Of a DNA stretch of 64,000 bases, positions 39,202 to 48,407 are shown piece by piece. A model generated the notes under the pieces. That model was not told where the DNA came from. It searched no databases and was given only the letters and a program-made list of their open reading frames with translations. The DNA comes from Candidatus Multivoradales bacterium (lineage in GTDB: Bacteria > Acidobacteriota > Thermoanaerobaculia > Multivoradales > Multivoraceae), in contig CBDCWI010000002.1 in the NCBI GenBank assembly GCA_965223325.1, forward strand, positions 128,001 to 192,000. Reading direction: 5' to 3'. Each line of letters opens with the position of its first letter. Position 1 is the first letter of the stretch. The position numbers and the translations under genes were made by a program.

Positions 39202-40089
39202 GTGCTCAAGAAGTTCTTTGGCCGTTCGCAAGACGCCAGCAAGATCGACTCCTCGGATCTCACCGTGGATGAGTTGATCGTGCTCGAGCGCTGGGAAGAG
39301 GCCAGGGAACGCCTCGAGAAGGAGGTCAAGAAGCACAAAGGCGATCCCCGGGTTCACATGCGACTGGCGACCGTCTACGGTGCCCTCGGCAAAGGTACCG
39401 AGTCGCTCTTGCAGTACTGCATGGTGGCCGACGCCTACACGCGCGACGGCTTCGGCGACAAGGCGCTGGCAGTGCTCAACAAGGCGCATCGCCTGGCGCC
39501 CGGCGACAACGAGGTCAACCGGCGGCTCTACGCGCTGCAGGAAGACCAGAACCTCGCCGAGACGCAAGCAGTCGCCAAGAAGGTCCTGGCAGAAGCCATC
39601 AAGGAACAGACCGGGGAGACAGCGTCTGCCAATCTGCGCATCGAGGTAGAGAAGCTCTGGAGTCAGCTGACCCAGACCCAGTTCGTGCGCTCGCTACCGC
39701 CCGAGCAGATCGAGCCCCTTTTGAGCGGCATGACGCGCCAGGTGTATGGCGCCGAACGGGTGCTTTCACGCCTCGGCGAAGCGAATCCCTTTCTCTTTCT
39801 GGTGGTCGAAGGGGGGATTTCGATTCACGATCCCACCGGACCGCTCCTGCGCGAGTTCAAGCGCGGTACGATTCACGGTGAGAGCACTCTGCTCGAACAT
39901 CAGAAGTGGCCGGCCGAGTACCGCACGAACGCAAATCCCACCACGCTCCTGGTGGTCGACCGCGCTGGGCTCGAGCGCTCGCTGACTGGCAACTCGAACC
40001 CCAAGGAACTTATCGAGTACCTCAGAAAGCAGAAGAACGACGCCACGGTGCGCGAAATCATGGAGTCGGTGAGGGCTTCCGGTTCCTGA
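39202..40089 (+). CDS. TPR + cNMP-binding-like domain protein
   Basis: N-terminal TPR (ADAYTRDGFGDKALAVL). C-terminal LFLVVEGGISI...GTIHGESTLL. Confidence 0.75.
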   Translation: MLKKFFGRSQDASKIDSSDLTVDELIVLERWEEARERLEKEVKKHKGDPRVHMRLATVYGALGKGTESLLQYCMVADAYTRDGFGDKALAVLNKAHRLAPGDNEVNRRLYALQEDQNLAETQAVAKKVLAEAIKEQTGETASANLRIEVEKLWSQLTQTQFVRSLPPEQIEPLLSGMTRQVYGAERVLSRLGEANPFLFLVVEGGISIHDPTGPLLREFKRGTIHGESTLLEHQKWPAEYRTNANPTTLLVVDRAGLERSLTGNSNPKELIEYLRKQKNDATVREIMESVRASGS

Positions 40090-40185
40090 CGACGCCGGCC
40101 CGGCCGCCCGGGGTTGAGGGTCAAGGCGCGTTCCTGCGGTCGCGATCGCGCTGGTTGTCCTTCTGTCTTGACTGCGACGAATCCG

Positions 40186-40701
40186 ATGGCATTGCTCACG
40201 ATCCGCCAATACCCCGACCCCGTCCTGCGCGTTCAGTGTCCGCCGGTGACTGCGTTCGACCCGGACCTCGAACGATTGGTCGAAGACATGGTCGAAACGA
40301 TGGTCGCCGCGCCCGGGATCGGTCTTGCGGCTCCCCAGGTGGGCGTCGAACTCCGTCTGGCGGTGATTGACTTGAGTGTTGGCGAGGAGCCTGATCAGCT
40401 CCTCGTACTCGCCAACCCGCGAATCGTCGAAACATCCGGCGAGGCCTCCGACTCCGAAGGTTGCCTGTCGATCCCAGATCTCACCGAGAAGGTCACGCGC
40501 CCGGAGTTGATCCGGGTCGTCGCCCAGGGCCTGGACGGCGAAGAGTTCGGGTTCGAAGCCGGTGGCTTGTTGGCGCGCGCCGTACAGCACGAGTGCGACC
40601 ACCTCGATGGTGTCTTGTTCGTCGATCACCTGCGAGGCCTGCGTCGTGAACGCGCACGCCGCCGCCTGCGTCGGCTCGTCGCCGAGCCCGCCGTCACGTG
40701 A
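40186..40701 (+). CDS. def: Peptide deformylase
   Basis: GIGLAAPQVG, EGCLS, QHECDHLDG. Confidence 0.97.
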   Translation: MALLTIRQYPDPVLRVQCPPVTAFDPDLERLVEDMVETMVAAPGIGLAAPQVGVELRLAVIDLSVGEEPDQLLVLANPRIVETSGEASDSEGCLSIPDLTEKVTRPELIRVVAQGLDGEEFGFEAGGLLARAVQHECDHLDGVLFVDHLRGLRRERARRRLRRLVAEPAVT

Positions 40702-41276
40702 GGGTCAGACGCCGCAGCATCCTGCCGCGGCCGCTCTTGATCATCCTGGCGGCGGCGCTCTTCTCATGCGGCGGTGGCGGGGGAGGGGGTGGAGGTGGAG
40801 GGACGCCGACCTCGCCAACGCCTCCCCCTGCGCAGGCTTCGACGGTGTTCGTGCCGGCAGGCAATGGAACACCGAACAGCCTCAGCCTGCGCCAATCCCA
40901 AAGCAGCACCAGCACGAATCTGGTACTCGAATTGGTTGCGACTTCGGTCGAGGACCTCTACGGCATGGCGTTCGAGCTCACGCTGCCGTCGGTGGTCAGC
41001 TTTGGCACCGCGAGCGAAGGCACGTTCCTGAGCGCCGATGGCAGCGGCACCTCGATTCAGAGCGCGATCCGCGGCAACGTCGTGATTGTCGGGATAACCC
41101 GCCTGGGAGACACGGGCGGCGCCTCGGGAGACGGTGTCGTACTCAGCCTCGACCTGCGGCCCGTGGTCGCCGGTTCGGGAACCCTCTCGTTTTCGCGCAA
41201 CCGAGCGCTCCGTCCCGATGGCACCGAAGCCCCTGGGCTTACCTGGACGAGCGGGAGCGTACAGGTGACGGGTTAG
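40698..41276 (+). CDS. Lipoprotein with poly-Gly linker and cohesin-like beta-sandwich
   Basis: Lipobox LFSC followed by a Gly run and PT-rich linker. DLYGMAFEL..EGTFL..SGDGVVLSL pattern. Confidence 0.72.
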   Translation: MRVRRRSILPRPLLIILAAALFSCGGGGGGGGGGGTPTSPTPPPAQASTVFVPAGNGTPNSLSLRQSQSSTSTNLVLELVATSVEDLYGMAFELTLPSVVSFGTASEGTFLSADGSGTSIQSAIRGNVVIVGITRLGDTGGASGDGVVLSLDLRPVVAGSGTLSFSRNRALRPDGTEAPGLTWTSGSVQVTG

Positions 41277-41328
41277 GAAGGCGCGGGGGAGAGGGCGCCG
41301 GAGGCTTTGGGAGAGGGCCAGGAGTTCC

Positions 41329-41403
41329 TGGAGGCGACGGTGGGAATCGAACCCACGAATAAAGGTTTTGCAGACCTTCGCCTTACCACTTGGCTACGTC
41401 GCC
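41329..41403 (-). tRNA. tRNA-Cys(GCA)
   Basis: Reverse complement GGCGACGTAGCCAAGTGGTAAGGCGAAGGTCTGCAAAACCTT...GGTTCGATTCCCACCGTCGCCTCCA. Confidence 0.97.
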
Positions 41404-41472
41404 GCTCGAAACAGAAGCCGCCCCGGCCCCACGTCGCAGTCCCGACTTGTCGAGGCTCGTTGAAGGGGGAAC

Positions 41473-41547
41473 TGGAGCGGGAAACGGGATTCGAACCCGC
41501 GACCCCAACCTTGGCAAGGTTGTGCTCTACCACTGAGCTATTCCCGC
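41473..41547 (-). tRNA. tRNA-Gly(GCC)
   Basis: Reverse complement GCGGGAATAGCTCAGTGGTAGAGCACAACCTTGCCAAGGTTG...GGTTCGAATCCCGTTTCCCGCTCCA. Confidence 0.97.
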
Positions 41548-41687
41548 ACCGAAGTAGTTCTCGCCCTCTGGAACTCCCGCAGGAACCCGAAACTCGGGCC
41601 CCGCGAGAAAACACCGGAGCGCGGCCGACCTTCTCAATGACGCCCTGGAGGCGCCGTGTACACACTCGGTACACCTTAGGAGGCGAG

Positions 41688-41716
41688 AGGATACGAGGGG
41701 GCCCGGGGAGTGTCAA
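41688..41716 (-). promoter_or_regulatory. sigma70-type promoter of the tRNA-Gly/tRNA-Cys operon
   Basis: Minus-strand TTGACA-N17-TATCCT about 140 nt upstream of tRNA-Gly. Confidence 0.75.
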
Positions 41717-42144
41717 GGTCCGTGCTGATCGCCGGCGGGGGCTTCGAAGGCACCCCGGAGGTAGGTCCAGCGGGCCTCCCGTTCGTTGTAGTCGAGAGCT
41801 AGAACGTCGAAACGAAGCGGCGCCCTGGTGCGTGTTTGCGCACACCAGAGGGCGGCCGCACGCGCCAGTCGGGCTTGCTTGCTGGGAGTCACGGCGGCCA
41901 GTGCGCCGCCCTGCCTTCGGCCACGGCGTGCCTTGACCTCAACGAAGCAGAGCGTGGCGCCCTCGCGGGCGATCAAGTCGATCTCACCGGCGGGAGTGCG
42001 CACGTTGCGCGCTAGCACGTCGAGCCCCTGCGCAGAGAGAAAGCGGGCGGCAGCTGCTTCGGCGGCATTGCCGCGGGCGACATGATGAGGAGATGTGAAC
42101 AGCCGCTCGAGAAGACGGATTCTGGGCAGGGTTCGTTTGGCCAT
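41713..42144 (-). CDS. yraN: YraN family (UPF0102) putative endonuclease
   Basis: GNAAEAAAARFL, RNVRTPAGEIDLIA, FVEVKAR, RFDV. Confidence 0.92.
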   Translation of the reverse strand: MAKRTLPRIRLLERLFTSPHHVARGNAAEAAAARFLSAQGLDVLARNVRTPAGEIDLIAREGATLCFVEVKARRGRRQGGALAAVTPSKQARLARAAALWCAQTRTRAPLRFDVLALDYNEREARWTYLRGAFEAPAGDQHGP

Positions 42145-42265
42145 GGGTGCGCTCCGGGTCTTTCGTAGTAGGCCGTCGGTGTGGCGGCTTCTCTGACCCT
42201 TTGAGACGCAAGAACTGCCCCGACCTTGACAGGCGGGAAGGGGATTCGGCGCCGGTGGCGCTGGC

Positions 42266-43480
42266 TCAGGACTCCTGGCGGAGCCTGGACAGCATGTCCT
42301 CGGTAGGAAAGCCCTGGACCCGGTACCGCGGCGGATAGGTCTCTTCCGGCTCGAGCAGGTCGCGGCAGTGACGGACGATGGCACCCCAGGTGAACTGCCC
42401 GAGCATTTCACCGTCCTGGCCGCGATCGGGGTCGAAGAGGACGACCTGATCGGTGCACGGCAGAAGACTCGGCAACGAGCGGATCCACACGCAGTAGCTG
42501 CAGAGGGAACCGGTTTTTGGTTCCTCGTTGGCCGAGAACGCGGCGACGAAGAGCTCTTCGCCGACCTGGTCCTGCAGACTCGGGCTCTGCTCCTCGTAGA
42601 GCGACAGGAACTCGAGCGTCTGGTTGCGACGCCAGGCTGGATAGAGCGCGTGGCTCTCGTCGAGGATCAACGGTTCGAAGTTGGGCCAGGAGCGCTTCCA
42701 GGCGAGCAGCGAGATCGGATGGGGGCCGGCGATGTGGCTCTCGGCCAGGGCAAAGGCGGTATCGAGGGCTCCGGTATTGGCCTCGTCGGCAATCAGGAGC
42801 AGGTTCTTGGTCGGCACGAGGACGATCGGGGCACCTTCGAGCGCCAGTTTCCTGAAGGTCCCGTCGAGGAGCATGCGGGCAGCGTCGTAGCCGTCGCCAG
42901 TGCCGAGAGCATAGAGACCGGGCTTGATCTCGACCGGGTCCTCGTCTGGCCGTGCCTCGAGGTTCTGCTGGGCGAGCGTCCGTGCCTCCTGCCAGTCGAC
43001 TCCCCAGCGCTCGAGGTCGGCATGGGTCACGAGCTGCACCAGGGTCGGGTGATCGACGACCAGCGTCACGCACAAGCGATCGGTGAGCCGCTCGTGGGGG
43101 AGCCCGAAGCTCTCCGGCGATTTGCCCTCCGCACAGGCGGCGTTCTGCTGCGTGCGCACCGCTTCGAGGTAGTAGAGATCGCGAACGGTCGGATAAATGC
43201 GGTTCGACACCTCGCTCCACGAGAGCGGTTCCTGGTCCTGGATCGAGGCGAACCCGTTGGCGTGCAGGTCGTAGAGCTTGCGCCGCTGCCAGGGCCACAG
43301 AGCAGCTGCCTCGCTGTAGATGTTGCGCAGGTAGTGCACCATCGATCCACTCCTGATGCGAAAGTTCTCCGGTTCGTAGACCGGTTCTTCGTATCCGGCG
43401 CGTTCGAGGGCGGCCACCATGGCGCGCGCGAACCTCTCGCGGTCGAGCCGGGGGTTCAGGAGGCGTAGGGCACGTCGCAT
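42266..43480 (-). CDS. Hypothetical protein, DUF1444-like
   Basis: LERWGVDWQEARTLAQQNL...GDGYDAARMLL...VLVPTKNLLLI pattern. Confidence 0.65.
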   Translation of the reverse strand: MRRALRLLNPRLDRERFARAMVAALERAGYEEPVYEPENFRIRSGSMVHYLRNIYSEAAALWPWQRRKLYDLHANGFASIQDQEPLSWSEVSNRIYPTVRDLYYLEAVRTQQNAACAEGKSPESFGLPHERLTDRLCVTLVVDHPTLVQLVTHADLERWGVDWQEARTLAQQNLEARPDEDPVEIKPGLYALGTGDGYDAARMLLDGTFRKLALEGAPIVLVPTKNLLLIADEANTGALDTAFALAESHIAGPHPISLLAWKRSWPNFEPLILDESHALYPAWRRNQTLEFLSLYEEQSPSLQDQVGEELFVAAFSANEEPKTGSLCSYCVWIRSLPSLLPCTDQVVLFDPDRGQDGEMLGQFTWGAIVRHCRDLLEPEETYPPRYRVQGFPTEDMLSRLRQES

Positions 43481-43838
43481 GGGCAGGCTTGGGCTATGAC
43501 GGGAAGGGAAGCGGCAGGGGATCAGACGTTCGCAGGGGCTTGCGTCTAACCTAGTAATTCTACGACAAATTGTTATTAAGTCAATTCATTTCAAAGCCGC
43601 CAAAAGAGGTTTTCGTGGGCCCGGGGCCCCGTAGACCTGAGTCAAACCGGGGCAGGACGGCCACAAAGGCGCCTGGCATGCGACCTGCTAGAGGTTCTGG
43701 TCCCTGCCCTTTTGTCTGTTCCCGTGTTCTGCGATTCTGCGATCCTGCGTTTTGTCTTCTGCCGTTGCCTTCCTGGTAGCGATCCACAACCAGGTCGGGA
43801 CCTCCCGACCACGACCGCCTGAGAGCGGAGGCCTCCCT

Positions 43839-45044
43839 ATGCACCGTGCCCATTTGCGGCTTTTCTTGTCCTTTTCCTGTGTCCTTCTCCTGGCCCTTGG
43901 CGGACTTCCCGCCGCGGCCGATAGTGGTCTCACCTTCGACACCGACGATGGTGGCGTGCGCCTCTGGTCACGCCCGATCGATCCCAGTTCGGGGCACGGC
44001 TACCCCGAGACCTCGCCGACCTACTTTGGCGATCCCGACGGATGGATCTGCATGGCGGAATTCGATGGCCGGCAGTACTTCCGCCTTCCCGACGCGTTCC
44101 TCGGTGACCGTTCCGATGCCTATGGCACCAGCCTTCTGTTCTCCCTGAAGGCGAACTCGGTCGGCAACCCACCGATCGCTGACGTGCAGCCCGACGTCAT
44201 CTTGCGGGGTGGTGGCTATTCGCTGGTCTACGACGGAATCGAGGACCCGACGCTCGAGTGGCGCGAGGACTCGGTGGCCCTGGTGGAGGCTTCCTTCACT
44301 CACGAGGGGAGCGAAGTCCCAGCCACCGAAGACGAACTGCGCCGGACGCTTGCACAGCTCAACGACATTCTGATCCGTGCTGAATATCAAGTGGGAGCCG
44401 AAGAGAACTGTCTCGATGACGTCAACCTGGCGGGTAACCGCGCGGCAGTGCCGCCGGCGAACACTTCGTCGCGCTTCAATCTCGGCGCCGACGGTTGGAC
44501 TGCGGTCAAGATCGGCGCCGGCGGTGGCATCGAGGCGACCGACCTGGTGTGGGAGGACACCGACGGCAACCCCGCCGGTCGGATCTGCGCTACAGATCCG
44601 GCCGGTGGAGCGACTCCCTATTTCCGCGCCCCCCTGAACTACACCAACGGTTTCAAGCGCGCCGGCGGCTCGTTCCTGGGATTCGATGCTCGTGCACGCC
44701 CCGAGGGTGCGCCGCTCACCGGGCCAGAGGATCTGATTCTGCTCGGCGACGCGGAGATGTTGACCTATAACGGGCATACACCCGACATTGACTGGCGGTC
44801 GCATCACGTGCCTCTGGCGGCCCCTGCCTGGACCGTCGACAGCACTGGCGAAATCGCGACGGATGCCGAGATCCTGGCGCTTCTCGCCGGTGGTGCCGAG
44901 TTGCTGATTCGGGCTGAGTTCATCTTCACCGAAGGGGACGTTGGATGTCTCGACAACGTCTTCCTGATCGAGCCTGGCTTCATGATGGACGGCTTCGAGA
45001 CCGGTGACACAAGCGGTTGGACATCGAGCGTCGGCCTACCTTGA
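43839..45044 (+). CDS. Secreted protein with two tandem laminin B (domain IV)-like domains
   Basis: GGAGG RBS and signal peptide. Repeated YF..P..FLGD...YG..L.F...DVIL.G...IRAE....LDDV/LDNV. C-terminal FMMDGFETGDTSGW. Confidence 0.82.
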   Translation: MHRAHLRLFLSFSCVLLLALGGLPAAADSGLTFDTDDGGVRLWSRPIDPSSGHGYPETSPTYFGDPDGWICMAEFDGRQYFRLPDAFLGDRSDAYGTSLLFSLKANSVGNPPIADVQPDVILRGGGYSLVYDGIEDPTLEWREDSVALVEASFTHEGSEVPATEDELRRTLAQLNDILIRAEYQVGAEENCLDDVNLAGNRAAVPPANTSSRFNLGADGWTAVKIGAGGGIEATDLVWEDTDGNPAGRICATDPAGGATPYFRAPLNYTNGFKRAGGSFLGFDARARPEGAPLTGPEDLILLGDAEMLTYNGHTPDIDWRSHHVPLAAPAWTVDSTGEIATDAEILALLAGGAELLIRAEFIFTEGDVGCLDNVFLIEPGFMMDGFETGDTSGWTSSVGLP

Positions 45045-45262
45045 CCGTCGCCTCTGACGGAGCCGGCGTCGCCTGAAGGAGCGCCGGAGCCGCCGAGCCC
45101 CGCAGATGATCTCGCAGTAGCGAGGGCGACTGCGGGGCTTTTGCGCGTAAGGCTCCCCTGGCCGGCCGCGCGCGGACTTTGGTTCCACCCATCGTGCATA
45201 AGACCCCTATGATGAACTCGGACCCCAACCCTTCTTCGAGAACGAACCCAGGCGAGGTACCG

Positions 45263-46150
45263 ATGGCGAAATCCCGAATCGAAGAGCGCGGCTACGCGCA
45301 CCCCGAGGCTCTCGTCTCGACGGACTGGGTTGCCGAGCGCATCCAGGAAGGAGATGCGCTCGATCCGACGATCCTTCTCATCGAATCGAACGAGGATCCG
45401 TTGCTCTACCCGTCGGGGCATATCCCTGGGGCGGTCGAGGTCGACTGGACCCGTGACCTCAACGATCCGGTGCGGCGGGACTATCTCGATCGTGAAGGGT
45501 TCGAGCGTCTGGCCCGACGCATTGGCCTCGCGCCCGAGACGACTGCGGTCTTCTACGGTGACCGCAACAACTGGTGGGCGACGTACGCCTTCTGGGTCTT
45601 TCAGCTGTTCGGTCACCAGAACGCACGGGTGATGGATGGCGGCCGCATCAAGTGGCTCGCCGAGGAGCGCCCGATGACCCGTGAGGTGCCCGAGCGCGAA
45701 GCAAGCAGCTACCGCGCGAAGGAACGCGACGATCGAACCGAGCGCGTCTTCCGGCGGGGAGTCGTCCAGCATGTCGAGACCGGCGGCCAGCTGGTCGACG
45801 TGCGCAGCCCGCAGGAGTTCAGCGGTGAACGGCTGCACATGCCGGACTATCCAAACGAAGGTGCGCTGCGCGGTGGACACATCCCAGGCGCCTCGAACAT
45901 TCCCTGGGCGACTGCCATCGACGAGGATGGCACTTTCAAGGATTCTGAGACGCTGCGCGCCATCTACAGCCGCGACCATGGCATCACCGGCGACCGTCCA
46001 GTGATCACCTACTGCCGCATCGGCGAACGCTCGAGTCACACCTGGTTCGTGCTCAAGTACCTTCTGGGCATGGAGAACGTGCGTAACTACGACGGCTCGT
46101 GGACCGAATGGGGAAACCTGGTCGGCGTACCGATCGCCAAGGATGTCTGA
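45263..46150 (+). CDS. Sulfurtransferase (tandem rhodanese, SseA/CysA type)
   Basis: [31 protein letters not shown]. Confidence 0.95.
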   Translation: MAKSRIEERGYAHPEALVSTDWVAERIQEGDALDPTILLIESNEDPLLYPSGHIPGAVEVDWTRDLNDPVRRDYLDREGFERLARRIGLAPETTAVFYGDRNNWWATYAFWVFQLFGHQNARVMDGGRIKWLAEERPMTREVPEREASSYRAKERDDRTERVFRRGVVQHVETGGQLVDVRSPQEFSGERLHMPDYPNEGALRGGHIPGASNIPWATAIDEDGTFKDSETLRAIYSRDHGITGDRPVITYCRIGERSSHTWFVLKYLLGMENVRNYDGSWTEWGNLVGVPIAKDV

Positions 46151-46646
46151 GCGCGAGAACCCGACCCAAGCGCCTGGGCCGCCGCAGTCGCTCCGCGAAC
46201 TGCTCGAGGTCTTCGAACTCACCCTGGATCGCGGTGAGCGCATCCAGATGCTGATCGAGATCGCCGACCGCTTCAAACCGGTGCCCCCCGAAGTCGCACG
46301 CGAGCCCTTCGACGAGACCCGGAGGGTGCCGAACTGCGAGTCGGAGGTCTTTGTGTGGGCAGAGCCCCGGCCCGCCAGCGACCAAGGTGCTGCTGCACTC
46401 GACTTCTACTTTGCCGTTCAGAACCCGCAGGGCATCTCTGCCCGGGCGATGGCGGTGATCCTCGACGAGCATCTCTCGGGCCGTCCGCTTGCGGAAGTGG
46501 CTGCGGTGCCCCCTGATCTGCCCCTCCTCCTGTTCGGGCAGGAACTCTCGATGGGCAAGAACATGGGGCTGACCGGCATGCTCCGCATGGTGCAGCTCTA
46601 CGCCCGCCGCGCGGGGAAGAGCGGTGGGATTGAGCCAGAGGAGTGA
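46143..46646 (+). CDS. SufE family sulfur-acceptor protein
   Basis: [12 protein letters not shown] motif. Overlaps the sulfurtransferase stop. Confidence 0.9.
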   Translation: MSERENPTQAPGPPQSLRELLEVFELTLDRGERIQMLIEIADRFKPVPPEVAREPFDETRRVPNCESEVFVWAEPRPASDQGAAALDFYFAVQNPQGISARAMAVILDEHLSGRPLAEVAAVPPDLPLLLFGQELSMGKNMGLTGMLRMVQLYARRAGKSGGIEPEE

Positions 46647-46756
46647 GCGACAGGGAGCGTGATTCCGTGTCAGGATCAGTGGCGAAGCGATGGCGGCGTT
46701 TCGATGCCGTGGTACACGACGTCCCCTGATCATCGATACGGCGGCAACAGCGGTGG

Positions 46757-46837
<81 letters not shown>

Positions 46838-46930
46838 CTCGGTCGAGCCAAGGTACTCGAACCGGCGCTTCGATCGGGGTTGTCGTCGTCCGTGCGCCAG
46901 CGCCTGACCCGCTGGTAAGCTGGCGAGACT

Positions 46931-48403
46931 TTGACCCTCGCCTCTGCTCAGTCTTCCGCAGCCCAGGCCCGCGTCGCTCCACACAGTGAAGCCTCGGAAC
47001 GCGCGGTGCTCGCGGCGATCATCCTCGACTCACAGCGCAACTTGCCGGTGACCGCCGGGCGCCTCCACGTCGAGGACTTCTATCTCGAGCGCCACCAACG
47101 GATCTACGAGTCGCTCCTGGCCCTACAGGAGAGCGCCACCGGCATCGACCTGCGTACCGTCCAGGCGGACCTCGAGCAGCGTGATCTGCTCGAACGTGCC
47201 GGTGGGCTCGCCTACCTTGCGGGGCTCGAGGTCGATCTGCCGGATCTCAGCCGCATCGAGGACTACGTCGAAATCGTCAAGGAGCGTGCTCTCAGGCGCC
47301 GCTTGATGGCGGCCTGCGATGACACCTACAAAGCCTGCTTCGACGGCGGCATGGTCGCCAAAGAAGCTCTCGGGGTCGCCGAACAGGCAATCCTCGAGCT
47401 TGGCGAGGAGGCCATCCCGCGCGGTTTCGCCCAGCTCGGCGACGTTTTTCGCGAAACCCTGGTCGATCTCGAGAAGCGGCCCGATAACCCGTTCCCGGGC
47501 ATCGACACCGGCTTCATCGACTTCGACCGCATGACGCATGGTCTCCACCCGGGTCATCTGTTGATCATCGCCGGTCGACCGGGGATGGGGAAGTCGAGTC
47601 TGGCGATGAACATCGCCACTCACGTGACCGCCCGAGAGAACAAGGCCGCAGCGGTCTTCTCGCTCGAAATGAGTGCCCAGGAACTCGGCCTGCGGGTTCT
47701 TTGTGGCGAGTCGGGGGTTTCGTTTTCGCGCCTACGCAAAGGCCGGCTGTCGCAGCGCGAGTGGACCACCCTTCGCGAAACTATTGCAGCCCTGTCGCAC
47801 TCCAAGCTCTACATCGACGACTCGGCGAGTGCCACGTTCCTCGAGGTCGCTTCCAAGGCCAGGCGCCTCAAGCTCGAGAAGGGTCTCGATCTGCTGGTCA
47901 TCGACTATCTGCAGCTGATGAGCTCCGGCGGTCGCTTCGAGAATCGCAACCTCGAGATCGCGTCGATCACTCGCGGTCTCAAACAGCTGGCGAAGGACCT
48001 GCAGATCCCGGTGATGTGCCTCTCGCAGTTGTCGCGCCAGACGGAACGACGCGGGTCCGATCGTCGGCCTCAGCTGGCCGACCTGCGCGAGTCGGGTGCC
48101 ATCGAACAGGACGCCGATCTGGTCGGCTTCGTGTACCGCGACGAGGTCTACAACCCGGATGACCCGGGCAATCACGGTCTGGCCGAGCTGATCGTCTCCA
48201 AACACCGCTCGGGCGAGACCGGCACGGTGCACCTGGCGTTCATCGGCGAGATCACCAAGTTCTGCAACCTCGAACACCACGCCACGCCGCCGGGTGGTCC
48301 GGGCTTCGATAACGACCTCGACCCGGTACCGCCGGGACCGCGGCGTATCGAGGATCCACCCGCAGCGCTGTTTGACGATCCCGACGACCTGCTCGACCTC
48401 TGA
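46931..48403 (+). CDS. dnaB: Replicative DNA helicase
   Basis: PHSEASERAVL, AGRPGMGKS, IDYLQLM, SQLSR, DLRESGAIEQDAD. No intein evident. Confidence 0.97.
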   Translation: MTLASAQSSAAQARVAPHSEASERAVLAAIILDSQRNLPVTAGRLHVEDFYLERHQRIYESLLALQESATGIDLRTVQADLEQRDLLERAGGLAYLAGLEVDLPDLSRIEDYVEIVKERALRRRLMAACDDTYKACFDGGMVAKEALGVAEQAILELGEEAIPRGFAQLGDVFRETLVDLEKRPDNPFPGIDTGFIDFDRMTHGLHPGHLLIIAGRPGMGKSSLAMNIATHVTARENKAAAVFSLEMSAQELGLRVLCGESGVSFSRLRKGRLSQREWTTLRETIAALSHSKLYIDDSASATFLEVASKARRLKLEKGLDLLVIDYLQLMSSGGRFENRNLEIASITRGLKQLAKDLQIPVMCLSQLSRQTERRGSDRRPQLADLRESGAIEQDADLVGFVYRDEVYNPDDPGNHGLAELIVSKHRSGETGTVHLAFIGEITKFCNLEHHATPPGGPGFDNDLDPVPPGPRRIEDPPAALFDDPDDLLDL

Positions 48404-48407
48404 GGAC

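Noticed and set aside
41273-41936. ORFs 41273-41845 and 41307-41936
   Set aside because: They are read-throughs of the tRNA-Cys and tRNA-Gly genes.
45263-46646. Sulfurtransferase-SufE pair as a novel system
   Set aside because: Rhodanese plus SufE-like gene pairs are already known, for example the mycobacterial sseA locus.
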